A program made the position numbers and the translations under genes. The notes under the pieces were generated by a model. That model made no database searches. It saw nothing but the letters and a program-made list of their open reading frames with translations, and had not been told where the DNA came from. A DNA stretch of 63,630 bases, the filler included, from Octopus bimaculoides (lineage: Eukaryota), in NCBI RefSeq assembly GCF_001194135.2. It is 10 parts of 9 records of this genome, joined end to end, with 100 filler letters (N's around TTAATTAATTAA, not from the genome) between each part and the next. Parts side by side here need not be neighbours in the genome. Positions count along the whole stretch, not along the records: positions 59,052 to 63,630 come from NC_068986.1; 9 more parts are not named here. One strand, written 5' to 3'. This document shows, piece after piece, positions 62,101 to 63,630 of the stretch. Each line of letters starts with the position of its first letter. Positions within the stretch are counted from its first letter, which is position 1.

Positions 62101-63630
62101 CATGTCAACTTATTTGAATCTACTACACTTTATAAATCCCGTTTCCCTTTATACCTTGTTATTCTATTCATTTTCCCCTCATTCCTAAATTCATGACCTC
62201 TAAATATATTATTAACCTATGATATTTCTTTAACCTTAAAAACAAAACCTTTATCTTCCTTAGACATTTAAAACAACAATGTATTGTTCATTCATTTCGA
62301 CTATACCTGTATCCTAGTACGAGGTCTAACGCTCAAGCAACACTCAGTGCGCAATTAACTTCAAATTGACTACCACAAAGAAGACAGCCGTGTTAGGGCT
62401 TTATTTAATTTTAATGAAAACCGACATAAACAGTTGTGCTAATGGTTTAATGGTAGCAATTCTACTAATGAAAAAATTAATATTTCCAGAGCTTTAAGAC
62501 TTTCGAAATTCGCTTGCTATCCTTTAACATCTTGAGTTCAAATTCAACCAAAGTTAGTGTTGCTTTACATATCTCCAGATTGATTTTTAAAAGCTTTCAT
62601 TCAGTTATTTCCACTATAAATGTGTTGTTCTAAAGGAAAATCTCATTGTAATTATTATAATAAAAAATAATTTAATAAAAAAGATTAATTCATTATTTCA
62701 TTTTTCATATTTTCATTATTTCCATGTTTAAGGCGGCGAACTGGCAGGGCAAAATGCTTAGCGGCACTAGGTTCTGAGTTCAAATTCCGCCGAGGTCGAC
62801 TTTGCCTTTCATCTTTTCAGGGTCGATAAGATAAGTACCAGTTGCGCACTGAAGTCGATGTAATCGAGTAGCCCCTCTTCCGAAATTTCAGTAGAAAGGA
62901 TTATTTTGATTATGTTTGAACATGGTGAACTGACAGAATCATTAACACGCCGGAAAAAATACTTAGCAGCATTTTGTCCGCCTTTACGTTCTGAGTTCAA
63001 ATTCCGCTGGGGTTGACTTTGCCTTTCATCCTTTCCGGATCGATGAAATTAATACCAGTTGAGCACTGAATTTATGTAATCGACATGCTCCATTCTCTGA
63101 AAATTTCAGAACTTGTACCTATAGTAGGTACACATTATTTTGAACATGCTTGCTGGTGATAATTCTATCTTCACAGCTGATTGTCGTCTTCTTGTGCCTG
63201 TTTTCTTCTATCACCTCTTGGATAACTATTCAGCCCCGTTGCAGATCTGCATAGTTTGAAACATGAGTGACAGATGAAAGTTATTATTTACTGTGCACCT
63301 CCAATTGGCTAGATATGCACACGTCGCTACTCTTCTATTGCCATAGTACTTTCAGTAGTCAGGATGACAAATGAGTTTACTATAAAGAGACATGTGTGTA
63401 TCATTAGTCTACGATGATAAACGCATGCACAACATGAGCACCACTCTCTTGGTTTCTGTGAAGAGTACCAGCAACAGGCCGAAAAGAGATGATCAATAAT
63501 CATTTACATTAGAGTGTCCCTCTTCTACAGGGATGCTGTGACAACAGTTAGGAGTTAGCTAGCATATGTGATACATAAATATCACATATGCTAATTAATC
63601 CCCCGTATATATATATATATATATATATAT

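Noticed and set aside
63140-63560. Unique-looking segment with short minus-strand frames (MQICNGAEIVIQE...)
   Set aside because: Resemblance to Helitron PIF1 is limited to CNG; multiple stops and no supportable assignment.

Overview
AT-rich, gap-riddled eukaryotic draft-assembly sequence, almost entirely repeat-derived, with no host protein-coding gene I can identify. The SINE types, microsatellite load and element mix suggest an octopod cephalopod genome (inference from memory, not a database search). Contents: a decayed Tc1/mariner (maT/DD37D-like) transposon with both TIRs; MITEs (pogo/Tigger-like, hAT/Charlie-like, possibly piggyBac-like); decayed LINE fragments (RTE, CR1, R4/Dong with REL endonuclease); a Penelope-like element (RT plus GIY-YIG) with an inverted partner fragment; a 2.3-kb ORF1-only L1/Tx1-like element inside a (GATA)n microsatellite; a Gypsy RT scrap; four SINE families in dozens of copies; and a ~5-kb 53-bp self-complementary satellite. 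The most interesting signal is a dispersed set of minimal type I hammerhead-ribozyme motifs with palindromic helix III. Nearly all are on the minus strand and several are tied to long fold-back inverted repeats, suggesting non-autonomous Penelope-dependent (retrozyme-like) elements. Nearly all ORFs in the supplied track are artefacts of N-runs, microsatellites or satellites. All calls were made by eye.
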